Source of the DNA: Mobula hypostoma
Lineage: Eukaryota
Length of the DNA: 64,000 bases
Direction of reading: 5' to 3'
Assembly (NCBI RefSeq): GCF_963921235.1
Contig: NC_086098.1
Location: forward strand, 109,678,001 to 109,742,000
Position numbers and translations under genes: made by a program. Positions 1 to 11,979 of this stretch are shown here, piece by piece. How positions within the stretch are numbered: position 1 is the first letter of the stretch; each line of letters opens with the position of its first letter. Under the pieces are notes generated by a model. That model was not told the origin of the DNA. It was given only the letters and a program-made list of their open reading frames with translations, and ran no database searches.

Positions 1-488
<488 letters not shown>

Positions 489-599
489 TTATCCTTTCAC
501 TGCTGCATTAATAAGTTACTTCAGTAATGTGAAGGAACTACCAGTTAGTAGAAAGTGGAAATATTATGAACAAATTTGAATTTTGGATAGGCAATTGGC

Positions 600-1240
600 A
601 CAGTTCAAGAGGGAATTATGAAAACAGGAGGAAAGGTGTGCTGTGCTGAGATCATTGTGATTCTGAAACAGGATACAGATTGAGTGACAGTAAATAGACT
701 TTAACATGAGAAAGCATGAGGTAATGCACTTTGGTAAATGGAAGCAAAAGGTGGATTATTATCAAGAAGGAGAAAGAATGCTGATGACTGATGTTCAGAG
801 GGAATTCATTATTCTAAATCTGAATTTTTTTTAAAAAGTCAACAGGTTAAGAAGCCAAACAGTATGGATTGTCCTATCAAAAAAGGCTAGACAGTTTGTT
901 TGGCTCTACATTCTTTGGAGTTTAGAAAAGATGAAGGGTAACCTTACTCAAACATACAGAATCACTGGAGGTCTCAACAGACTAGATGTTGGTATGTTTT
1001 CACATATAACAGAGTCAAGAACAAGGGGAGATAACTACAGTGAAGTGTTAATTCATTAAACTCCAGATGCATGGACATTTCCTCTCTCACAGACTGGTGA
1101 ATCTCTGGAGCTCTCTGTCTCCTGTGGGTGTTGGAGACCAGATCATTGGCAAGACTCATGGTGGAGATGGCTAAATATTTTAAAGATTGAATATAGCGGG
1201 GCAAGCTCGAAGGACCTGGTGGCTCCTCTTCTTGTGCTCT
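600..1240 (+). mobile_element. Highly decayed CR1 LINE 3' region
   Basis: tgaggtaatgcactttggta and ctctacattctttggagtttagaa resemble the RT C-terminal segments of intact CR1 copies in this window; boundaries approximate. Confidence 0.6.
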
Positions 1241-1374
1241 TGGAAGAAAGGTAATAATAAGATTGTTTAAACTGTAACACAAACTAAACTAATGGATGAA
1301 TGGAATATACCAAGGACAGAAAGAACAGAGTATGTGGGAAGACCTCATGTCCTGTATCTCCTGAACAATTTTCC

Positions 1375-1905
1375 GAGCCCCCGCTGGTCAGGGTCAACCA
1401 TGGATGTTGCGAGCTAGCTGTCTAGATTTCCAAGCCTGGGAGGTACAGTGTGGAGAGCAAGCTGTTGCCCGTGTAAGCAGTTCCCCCTTTCCTCGCAGCG
1501 GATGAACCCAAAGGAATGGCAGAAAACAATACAGCTTTCACCAGCAGCGTTGCAGGAGACGCCAGTCAGCGTTGAACTCAACGTAAGACTGCCTTAAGAA
1601 CTCCAGTTCCGGATTTCCCCCTTGGGGTTTACTCCCCGGAGGTTTGAGATCAGAGTTTTCCTTCTCCTCGATGAACTGCCAATCACGCCTGACGAGTCTC
1701 ATCTGCCCGAAGCGACTGTAACCCGCCATTGCTCCGTCTCCTGTCGGTAGAAACGGTCCCGCCAGGCTTAGTAGCTAAACCACACGTAAAGGCCAGGAAC
1801 TGGACTTGGTTGTCAGAGGCTATTTAAGTTCCTTAAGGTTGTTATAGTGGGGGCAAGCTCCCCCTATGTATTAAATGCCCCAAATGGCATGCGCCTCAAA
1901 TAACC
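1375..1905 (-). mobile_element. Interspersed repeat resembling an RTE-clade LINE 5' UTR or RTE-related SINE
   Basis: CpG-containing block with aggagaaggaaaactctgatctcaaacc on the minus strand, a motif recalled from RTE 5' UTRs; family not verified. Confidence 0.45.
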
Positions 1906-1999
1906 TCAGACCAATTATACAGACGCACAAACAGGTGATCCAGAATGTTACTATGCAGTTCACTAGCCTGTGAACAGTTTACTCCGGTGCGATGAGATC

Positions 2000-2800
2000 A
2001 AGTGGCAGCATCCTTGCTAACACTTGACACCTCTCCCTCACCGATTGACCTCATCGACGTTTAACTGAATGAAACCAGGGCTCAATGACAGCGCTAAGGT
2101 ACAGTCAGAGCCCATGTGCAGAAATGGACCCCGATGATACAGAGGATACCACGGGCCTCCCTGAGCCGGCCTGGGGAAGGAGTGGCCGTACTTCGCTCGG
2201 TGCCAATCGGAACCTGACCGGCTTATTACACTGAGCCACCTCAATGGCAGGAGTAGAGGAGGACAGATCCCCAGAAGTTGAGTAGCCCCTACCCGGAATC
2301 TACTCTTTTGGGAAACGGGGACCCTGCAGCCAATGTTTTTTTTAAAAGATGTCACTCACTCACCCGGGTTCCTTAGGTTGTACTGACCCTCCATATTGAT
2401 GCTGCTGACGTCTGCACCTCACCCGCGAGCTCTCGCGAGATGATTATGGCGTCACACAGCCTAACCCCGCCCTCGGCCTGGGGCGACTGGCTTCACGCAC
2501 CAATCCGGTGCTCCCTAGTGGGGACAAATGGCAGCCACATTGATCGCGCCTCCACTTCACCCCACCCATCCAAATGGAGCCGGCGGGCACCACATCAACT
2601 GAGCTGACGCTGTCTTCCAAAGACACCGCCCCGGGAGGGGTAGTGCTTGGCCTATTCGGGCGTGGCTGACGACGAGCTGGCTGTTAACCGAGGCCGCACC
2701 CCCTTCCTGCCGCTTTCCTCCAATAAAGAGCGAACGCCCGGGCTGTCAGCAGGTTCCAGAGTGGTACGGCTTGGTTACGTCCTCATCATCTGGCATCTTG
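2000..2800 (-). promoter_or_regulatory. CpG-island promoter of UBE2J1
   Basis: GC/CpG-rich; TCTCGCGAGA palindrome 2431-2440, CRE-like TGACGTC 2406-2412, GC box 2465-2472, CCAAT 2500-2504. Confidence 0.75.
2364..2394 (-). CDS. UBE2J1: UBE2J1 (ERAD ubiquitin-conjugating enzyme E2 J1) first coding exon
   Basis: Minus strand ATG GAG GGT CAG TAC AAC CTA AGG AAC CCG G|gtgagt = MEGQYNLRNP, a 31-nt phase-1 exon matching human METRYNLKSPA; lies in a CpG island; UBE2J1 is the downstream neighbour of RRAGD in human. Confidence 0.85.
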
Positions 2801-4768
2801 TCAACCCAACAATAGGGCCACTGTCAGTCATAATGAGTGACTGGTAATATATTTTGATGCCTCGTTTCAAAAAGATACACTACCTGTCTGCTGAGTTCCT
2901 CCAGTATTTTGTGTGTGTTGCCTGGTTTTCCAGCACCTTGCAGGGTTCCTGGTATTTGTGCTACGCTACATATTACTCTACTTCATTCACCCACACAAGA
3001 TTTTCAGATGACGAGAAATAGACAATTACCGTAACTTAAATTTGCCTAAAAGTCGCGTTGGGACCATCCAACCCCAAAAGATCGTTGGTCACTTTAGAAC
3101 TAATTTTAGTATTAAACTGGCAAGGAACAACACGCGTAATAAGCTTATGAATATTTTTAAAAACATTTTATCGGGTTATGCTACTCCGAGGCTTAATCTA
3201 ACGTGTTTAACATAAGGATAATCTTCTGTTTTATCATATTTTGTGAGCCTTCTTATCGGAAAAAAAGTTGTTTTCCTTTAAGGAGGGGGAGGTAAAATAA
3301 ACAAAAAAGAATCCAATGTGATTTTGTTCATTTAGTGTTTCGCGTACTTGCCTTGCAATTGTGACTTCAATCAGACTTTACATTTTCACCTTGAAAGAGG
3401 TTGACGTCTTTAACCTAAATATCGATCTGGTACATTGAATTTGTATGAGTTCCATGGTTGTACATTTAGAAAGTTTTCAACATATAATGCTTCTCAGAAT
3501 GGTATTGATAAATTGAAACCATTAAAATTCTAGCACACTCTATCATGACATTGTATCTACATTTATTTTTCAAAAACAATATAAAACAGTATTTTCTTAC
3601 TAATATTATCAATGTTAGCCTTCATGAAATATAGTACTGCAATTTCAAATATAGTGCCCAATCTAGCGGCAGCAATGTAGATAGTCAGGAAAATAAATAT
3701 CACCATTTAAATTGAATCAAATGTCTCTGTTCTACTTACAGTTCAAAGACGAGCATGTTTAAAATCAGTAAATGTCTGTGGAGCATGGGAAGTTGAAACA
3801 GCAAAACTGCAAAGTGCAAGAATGTGAGAGAAATCAGGAATACAAATGAAATTCAGCAAGGAAAACAGGAGGTGCTCAAGTAGCAACTTGAACCTGCTCT
3901 GCCATTCAACAACAACTTGGCTGGTTTGTCATCTTACTTCGTACGTCCAACTTTGTTTTTTATTCCCTTAATGGCTTTGATTAAGGTAAATCTCACAGAA
4001 TCAGATTTAAAATGAATACTTAGTGTTTTGTCAGAGAGAAGTCCAAATTTCTCTATAAATGACAAAATGAAGCAAGAGAGAGAAGCTTTCTCAGTACTCT
4101 GCAATGTAGGATTTCAGGAAAGAAACATTAGGCCATGTTAGAATGTAAGCTACTGAAGGGAGAGAGGAAGCAAACATGAAAGCCTGAAAAGTGACATTGG
4201 GACTAAAACACACCAGGAAATCTTATCTACAAGAACCATGTGCAGAGGCCAACACCGATGAAGCAAGCAAGTAAAATTTGAAAACTGTAAAAAGGGAGTG
4301 AATGGAAATGTTAGAGGAAGAAAAGTAATGAGAAGGGGACATCAGATGTAGGGAAACAAAGAATAAAGTATCAACATCACAAAACAAGTTTTTCACATTT
4401 TTCCACCAACAAAATTCAGGGGAAAAAGCAAGGGAGGCCATGACTTTTGAAGATGATTAAATCAATTTAAATTGTTTAACTTCTCTGGCAAGTGTGAAGC
4501 TACACATGAATGTGCATTTAGGAAAGGAATTTGGAAGAGGAATGTGATTCCAATTACTCTATGTATAGGACATACATAATGGCATACCACTTTCCTTATT
4601 GTTTTATGAGTTGTTACTTTAATACAAAATACCATGCAAAATACTTTTCTTCTGTCCAACAAACTCTACTACTCTGTTATGTGTACATATAGAAATATTG
4701 ATTGGTTGAGATGTATCTTCCATAATGGTTGACGACAGAATTAAACTTTGGGAGGTTCATAAAAATGT

Positions 4769-4774
4769 TTTATT
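4769..4774 (-). terminator. Candidate RRAGD polyadenylation signal (AATAAA); alternative at 3562-3567
   Basis: tttatt on plus strand within AT-rich sequence about 450 nt past the stop codon; not validated. Confidence 0.3.
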
Positions 4775-5228
4775 GCTCGAGCTTTGTAAATCTGATGTAC
4801 TATAGAGTTACTTTGGGAAAGAAACAGAAGAAAATGAGAAGGAAATGAAGAACTGAATCTAAGAGCAGAAGATTTAAGAGTAATCTGTCATATTATGTGA
4901 AATTATCAACCCAAGTCAGTTAACAAAGAAAGCTGTAATATATTTAATTATATTAAATTATTTTTTCCAGTAAGTTGCTACAATTTCAGCAGCTCAGCAT
5001 AAAATAGCCATTCCATTTGTTTGCTATTAGAAATGTATTTGTAATATATATGGTTAAATATGATAAATACTGATTTTAGCATGTGCTAAAGAAAAATATA
5101 CCTTTTACAAAGTGCTTGCGTACTCTATTGGAGTTAATGTCCTGAGCATCATCTTCATTCATGTCAGTGCATTGGCATCACAGTTTAGCTACTGAACGTG
5201 CTACTAGAAACAGTGTATATGGCAGACA

Positions 5229-5380
5229 TTATGACAAATGCCTGGGTGTGCCACTGGGGGTTACCAGTTTGTTTCTCTGCAGTCCTCTATGCTGCTTGCG
5301 GCACCTCAGCATGGTCGTGCGAACCTCAAAAATCTCATGAATAGCTTTGCGGAAACAGTGAAAATTGTAGTCAATCAAAC
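5229..5380 (-). CDS. RRAGD: RRAGD exon 7 (terminal): (G)[19 protein letters not shown]...[10 protein letters not shown]
   Basis: Polypyrimidine-cag acceptor at 5381-5382; 152 nt; matches Rag C/D C-terminus. Confidence 0.95.
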
Positions 5381-6135
5381 CTGCAGTGTAAAAAAAAGAA
5401 AACAAAAAGTAAACTAGTAAATGCCAAAAAGGCATTATTCACAAACCTTCAAACTGTTTAACAGCAGGGCTTTGTCAGCTGCACAATGGGTTCAAGTGTT
5501 AATTCTCCATTAATGACGCATGATGGACCAAAGTATTTCCTACACTCTGTTTTTAGTAAATTATTTCTGGCTCATTCAAACTGTGCTAAATGATGTGATT
5601 TATTATTGGAATTCACCCACCATGTTAAAGCTGGCTTCAAAGATAAAGCTGATGTTTAAAGATCTGCACAACACAACTACAGAACCAGTGGGTAGAAAAT
5701 CCCAAGTCCTGACAGCTCGTTGCTCTTAAAAGGTTCGGAGTCTGCTTTTCCCTCCAAAAAGTCTGCCTGAGCTGCTGAATATTAACAACATTTCATGTCT
5801 ATATTCCTGACTTCCAGTATTTTCCTTTAGTTAAAGAGTCAACATGGTTTAGGTTTAAATGATTACCTTAAAGCCAGGAATTGCATGACCATGGTACAAC
5901 AGAAATGCCATGCACAAATGGTAAGTGCCCATGCTGAATGTGTCATTAAGAAAATAGAGCAAAGCTTGTATTTTCCCAAATATAATGCAAAGGAAATCAA
6001 AGATTAAGTTACATAGTAATATCCCATATTACAGGAACAGCAGTCAACAAATATGAGAACCTGTCTATGTGCTATTCATGGAAAGGGATTCTTTTACAGT
6101 AATTTTTTGTAAGTATTTTGTCAGGTAAGCATTTA

Positions 6136-6234
6136 CTGTGGTCATAGGCGGAGTGTAGTACAGCCGTCCCATAACAAATGCAAAGTAAACTGACCCTAGG
6201 TGGGATCCTACTATGCTCCTCTCAAAATTTTGTG
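6136..6234. repeat. 99-bp structured element, copy 1 (RRAGD intron 6)
   Basis: 94/99 identical to 7135-7233; internal inverted repeat GGAGTGTAGT...ACTATGCTCC. Confidence 0.9.
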
Positions 6235-6255
6235 ATGAAAACACGCAATAATTAC

Positions 6256-6404
6256 CTTTGCGTTCAAAACTTTCTTCCCTAAGAAAACAAACTAGACCAA
6301 GAAATTTTGTTACTTCTTTGAGATACAAAACAGTCGTGTTGTTCAGCTTTATGATTGCCACAGATTCTTTGTCATACGTACTTCCTCCACCGAATTCTCG
6401 AAGC
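6256..6404 (-). CDS. RRAGD: RRAGD exon 6: (G)[49 protein letters not shown]
   Basis: ttttcccag acceptor, gtaatt donor, 149 nt, roadblock domain. Confidence 0.95.
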
Positions 6405-7134
6405 CTGGGAAAAGAACGTAAAGAATGACTTCCTTGGAATGACTAGCAGTATTATGCTACCTTGCATAGATGCTTGCACCTTAATTGAATTCAGATTTCT
6501 GGTATCAACGAGCTTTTGCCTGATAAACTGCAGGGGAAGTGGAAGTGGTCACAGCACAGTCAAGTTAAAAATAAATCTGTTGATCCTTTAACCAATGTAA
6601 TCTGGACTTCAAATTGTTATCAGTAGGATTTTTTCACAGAAGGGAAAAGTCAGGAAGATGACTTCCAATCAAAGAATTACTCTGACACAGGGTAGGAGTG
6701 GGCAAGGTGAGTATGTGAGAACAGGTTGAAAACAGAATCCAAAAATCTTCTCTAGGCAAGTGAATAGAAAGCCAGAAGTAAGAGAGGGAATGGGAGAACA
6801 GGTGATTCAGAAAGCAGGAACAAAGTGATTCTACACAATGCAGGAAAAAAAAACATGATTGCAAAGGCAAATTTCAAATTAATAATTTTTGGGAGAATTA
6901 GCTCCTGTCATCAATATTTTCTAATCCCATTGGTGAGGGATTTTCGGATAACCTGTTGCTGTTTTAATGGTATCCAATTCAACCAAAGCAATATTGCCCA
7001 AAAATCACCTCCAGTGAAATGTTCAATGCATTGGTCCAAATAACAATTGCTGCTCTCCACTCAAAGAAGTACCAGGATTTACTTGTGCTGAAGATGCTAT
7101 AGTAGCATCATTCAAATGACCACACAAATTTCTC

Positions 7135-7233
7135 CTGTGGTCATAGGCGGAGTGTAGTACAGCGGTCCCAAAACAAATGCAAAGTAAACTGACACTAGGT
7201 GGGATCCCACTACGCTCCTCTCAAAATTTTGTG
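7135..7233. repeat. 99-bp structured element, copy 2 (RRAGD intron 5)
   Basis: Direct repeat of 6136-6234, offset 999 bp; GGAGTGTAGT...ACTACGCTCC stem and GTGGGATCCCAC palindrome. Confidence 0.9.
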
Positions 7234-8245
7234 CAGCCAAAAAATGTCAGCATAAATTCTGCAAACAGATAGAGGGTCTCAGTTCATCAGATGAGAATGA
7301 GTTGAAATAGGAATCAGAAACCTGAAAAACATAATTGTCAGCAGAAGCATTGAGGTTGAAGGGCTGTTCCTATGCTCTTTGTTATATGTAGTGGCTCCTT
7401 AAGCCTTAACCTCAAAGAGTTCACTATGAATATTTATTGCAGCTTTTTCACAAGATGGTCCTTAAGCACCACCTGCCACCTCAGAAAACTTTAAGTACAA
7501 GCTGACAAAGGTGTCTTCACTGCTTTCAAATTCAAAGTCATCTCTAGCCTGAAGATCCTTTCAGGCTGTCTTTCTTGATTTATATAACACACAAAACTAC
7601 AGTGCTCACTGCTGAATTACAAAATTTTTAAAAATCACTTATCAAGGTAAAGAACTTTAACTTTTTGCTTAATGCAACTTTAGCATCAGTTTTTCAGATG
7701 CATTGCAAAGCTCCCAAAATCCCATGGTTTCAGTTAGGGTATTCAAGTCCTTATAAGCTTTTCTTGCCATAATAATCCTCCTTCCTGGATCTACTGTTCC
7801 TGAGAAGTCTGTGTACATTCCCTTGTCACTGTGGGACACCTCTCCAAACCCTACCCATTAATCTTTACTTGTCCACACTCCCCAGTAGCTGGAAGGATGG
7901 AGTGTCGTGAAGTTAGAGCTTTGGGATATATGCTAGTTATGCTAATAATATTTCTGATTTCTATTATCTGCAGGTGTTTTGCTCTTTAATAAGCATATTC
8001 AGCTTGAAATTGCACTGTAAAGTTGGCACATATCCAGCAAATAAATCAATAAACAATTTTCACTGCCAAAATGTTATTGTTTTGATTTTTAAAAATCTTT
8101 TAGACGTGTTATTCTATAAAATACCCAAATTGCACACAGTTTCCATCCAGGTATTGTTCTGCTTGTTGAACATATCTCAGAGATTGAGAAACAATGTACA
8201 CCTTTCTTTACATTCTTTTTACAACAAGTTCAGCCTTGTACTAAC

Positions 8246-8388
8246 CCATATATGCAGGAAATATCAATCACAACATCTATCATGTCGCAGCAGAGTTCAT
8301 AAGTTTGCATGTCCACTGGCATACTATCTGTTGCAATGTAGATTTTGCTGACTACATCAAAGAGGAAGGCCTTTTCAATTCCTGAATT
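8246..8388 (-). CDS. RRAGD: RRAGD exon 5: [47 protein letters not shown](G)
   Basis: ttttgcag acceptor, gttagt donor, 143 nt; translated by hand (absent from ORF track). Confidence 0.95.
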
Positions 8389-8599
8389 CTGCAAAATACA
8401 AAACACAATCGAATGAAAAAAACAAATAAGCCAATTATGTAATGGTGGTATTTTATAAATGATGCACAGCCAAATAATTTTGAAACCAAAAATGTGGATA
8501 ATCAGTGTTCATAAAATTGAAAATGATTCAAGCAAATTAATAATACAGGTCGGGTCCTTAATTAGTTAATTACTTTCATTGTCATTATAGAAGTATCCA

Positions 8600-9180
8600 G
8601 CATAGTTAAAATATTGGATTAGTATTCTGGAGACCTGCACTTTTGGTCTGAAGTTCAAGTTTAAATGCCACTATGCCACCTCATAAACTTTAAACTAGAA
8701 CATAGAAATCTACACCACATTACAGGCCCTTCAGCCCCCAATGTTGTGCCGACCATGTAACTTACTCGAGAAACTGCCAAGAATTACCCAACTGCACAGC
8801 TCTCTTTTTTTTTAAGCTTCACGTACCTATCTAAGAGTCTCTTAAAAGCCCCTATTGTATCTGCTTCCACCATCATCACCGGCAGTGCATTTCACGCACC
8901 CACCACTCTCAAACTTTAAATTAGGCTGACATAAAAAAGTAAAATAAAAATGTATTAACAGTTAATTTCCTTTGTTAAAACATAAAGGTGCTGCATTTCC
9001 TTTTGGCAAAGAGTGCCTCCCATTCTTACACAGTCTGGGCTATATATGAAGATCCATTGTAAGATGATTGACTAATTTCCCTATGAAATAGCCTGGCAAA
9101 CTACTTAGCTCTAGGACAATTATGAGTGGTATTAAAGACTGAACTTACCAACAATGCTCAGATCACAAAAATGAATTTTA
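8600..9180 (+). mobile_element. Old SINE (Deu-domain/SacSINE-like) interrupted by a minus-strand CR1 3' tail (8695-8910)
   Basis: TSD aaactttaaa at 8685-8694 and 8911-8920 brackets the CR1 tail; SINE family assigned from recalled similarity only. Confidence 0.5.
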
Positions 9181-9439
9181 AAAAAACAGAAATTCCAAGT
9201 GTTCCTTTGATGAAAGGGCTAACCATAACTTTCATTGTGTCAAAAATAAAACATACAGATGTTGACATAATTTAGTGATAACAAAATAAGTCAGAGGGCA
9301 TTTTGCAATTTACAGAAGGTTGGTATGAAGCCTAATCCTTTATATTAAATTGACAATATTTATACTATCAGAGTGGCCATAACCTCCTTACTGATGCTGA
9401 TTATTGGTGTGAAGCTACCCTTTGACATTTTTGACTGAG

Positions 9440-10790
9440 TGTTACGTCTGTGGTGGGAAAGCTGTTGGAAAAGATTCTTAGAGATAGGGTCTCTGGGCAT
9501 TTAGAGAATCATGGTCTGATCAGGGACAGTCAGCATGGCTTTGTGAAGGGCAGATCGTGTCTAACATGCCTGATAAGAGTTCTTTGAGGAGGTGACCAGG
9601 CATATAGATGAGGGTAGTGGAGTGGATGTGATCTATATGGATTTTAGTAAGCCATTTGGCAAGGTTCCACACGGTAGTCTTACTCAGAAAGTCAGAAGGC
9701 ATGGGATCCAGGGAAGTTTGGCCAGGTAGATTCAGAATTGGCTTGCCTGCAGAAGGCAGAGGGTCATGGTGGAGGGAGTACATTCAGATTGGAGGATTGT
9801 GACTAGTGGTGTCCCACAAGGATCTGTTCTGGGACCTCTACTTTTCGTGATTTTTATTAACGACCTGGATGTGGGGGTAGAAGGGTGGGTTGGCAAGTTT
9901 GCAGACGACACAAAGGTTAGTGGTGTTGTAGATAGTGTAGAGGATTGTCAAAGATTGCAGAGAGACATTGATAGGATGCAGAAGTGGGCTGAGAAGTGGC
10001 AGATGGAGTTCAACCCGGAGAAGTGTGAGCTGGTACACTTTGGAAGGACAAACTCCAAGGCAGAGTACAAAGTAAACGGCAGGATACTTGGTAGTGTGGA
10101 AGAGCAGAGGGATCTGGGGGTACATGTCCACAGATCCCTGAAAGTTGCCCCACAGGTGGATAGGGTAGTTAAGAAAGCTTATGGGGTGTTAGCTTTCATA
10201 AGTCGAGGGATAGAGTTTAAGCATTGCGATGTAATGATGCAGCTCTATAAAACTCTGGTTAGGCCACACTTGGAGTACTGTGTCCAGTTCTGGTCGCCTC
10301 ACTATAGGAAGGATGTGGAAGCATTGGAAAGGGTACAGAGGAGATTTACCAGGATGCTGCCTGGTTTAGAGAGCATGCATTATGATCAGAGATTAAGGGA
10401 GCTAGGGCTTTACTCTTTGGAGAGAAGGAGGATGAGAGGAGACATGATAGAGGTGTACAAGATAATAAGAGGAATAGATAGAGTGGATAGCCAGCGCCTC
10501 TTCTCCAGGGCAACACTGCTCAATACAAGAGGACATGGCTTTAAGGTAAGGGGTGGGAAGTTCAAGGGGGATATTAGAGGAAGGTTTTTTACTCAGAGAG
10601 TGGTTGGTGCGTGGAATGCACTGCCTGAGTCAGTGGTGGAGGCAGATACACTAGTGAAGTTTAAGAGACTACTAGACAGGTATATGGAGGAATCTAAGGT
10701 TGGGGCTTATATGGGAGGCAGGGTTTGAGGGTTGGCACAACATTGTGCGCCAAAGGGGCTGTACTTTGCTGTACTATTCTATGTTCTATG
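9440..10790 (+). mobile_element. 5'-truncated CR1 LINE, young (open RT/C-terminal frame 9766-10728)
   Basis: SGVPQGSVLGPLLFVIFIND, KFADDT, YKTLVRPHLEYCVQFWSP; (ttctatg)n tail. Confidence 0.95.
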
Positions 10791-11569
10791 TAACCCAGTA
10801 TAGAATGGAATTCTTTTTTCTATAACAATTATGATAATTTTGCAGTGGTTCAGTGAGTAGTTATAATTCTGTCAATGAAAACAATTTTATCTATTTTGTA
10901 ATCAGCAAGAATTGACATAAGTTGATAACCTGTGATCTTGGAAAACAAGCACATAATCAAGACAGTGATATAGGCTTGCCAAATTCCTTAAAAAGCAAAA
11001 AATAACCGCTGATGCTGAGCTCTGAAGCAAAGTCATTGACTTAAAAGGTTTCTGTTTCTCTTGCTACTGGTACTACACGAAATGCTGGATTTTTCTGGCA
11101 TTTTCTATCCTTATTCTATTTATTGTTTTACATAGGGAAGCTTGAATGAGGTACCACATTCGACAAAACACAACCACTACCTTCAAATTAGAAGTAAAAT
11201 AGGGAGAATACTATATGAAAAGCTCCTGACATTTCATTATCGTTTCTGCATGCATATTGTGTTCTAAAAACTAATCCATGATTATGTGAGCACACAGTGT
11301 AATCTTCCTGCATTTAGGACTATTATTCACTATACTGAATTGCCCTCTAACTATAAATAGTTTACTGGTTCATTTTAAAGGGATAATTAAGAATTAACAA
11401 TGTTTCTGTGGATTTTTAAATGTTAAACCTGTTTTCTAGTATCACAAAAACCTTAGTGATTGAAATGATTGTATTAACAAGCTAGTAGTTTCATGGTTTC
11501 ATTTCTGTTATCAGCTTTTTACTTTAAACAAAGTTATATTTCCCAGCTGCTGTGATAGGATTTGAATTT

Positions 11570-11960
11570 TGGAGGACCTGTCCTATGCCCAGCACGTGCG
11601 CAATTACGAGAAAAGCATAACAGCGCTTCTACTTGTTTGGCATGACATCTGAATCTTCAGCAAACTTCTATAGATGTGTAGTGGAGAGTATCACAGCCTG
11701 TTAGGGAAGCACCAGTGCTCTTGAATGGAAAGTCCTATAGAAAGTAGTGGATACGGTCCACTCCATCATCGATAAAGTCCTCCTCACCATTGAGCACATC
11801 CACATTAAACCTTGTCACAGGAAGGCAGCATCCATCATCAGGGTTCCCTACCACCCAAGATGTGCTCTCTTCTCATTGCTGCCATCAGGGAGAAGATACA
11901 GAAGCCTCAGGATTCACACCACCATGTTTCAAAACAGTTACTACCCCTCAACCATCAGGT
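11570..11960 (+). mobile_element. Rex1/Babar LINE 3' fragment (3' UTR resumes at about 13590-13985)
   Basis: RKAASIIRVPYHP..LFSLLPSGRRYRSL..TT.FQNSYYPSTIR, the typical Rex1 C-terminus. Confidence 0.8.
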
Positions 11961-11979
11961 TCAACTCTTGAAACAAAGG

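Noticed and set aside
1731-1830. HDV-like ribozyme in the RTE-like element (minus strand ttcctg-gcc-tttacgtgt-ggt...cgac-aggag)
   Set aside because: P2/P3-like pairings are visible but no P1/P1.1 could be built by eye, and a competing hairpin exists; needs a covariance-model search.
2400-2730. ERSE/UPRE stress elements in the UBE2J1 promoter
   Set aside because: CCAAT boxes are present but no CCAAT-N9-CCACG, ATTGG-N-CCACG or TGACGTGG match.
6136-6234. 99-bp element as tRNA, Y/vault RNA, twister or HDV ribozyme, or a RAG recombination signal
   Set aside because: It has an A-box-like TAGTACAGCGG (copy 2) and a GGUCCCAA resembling twister/HDV segments, but no B box, cloverleaf, P4 stem or required pseudoknots; CACAG is present without a spaced nonamer.
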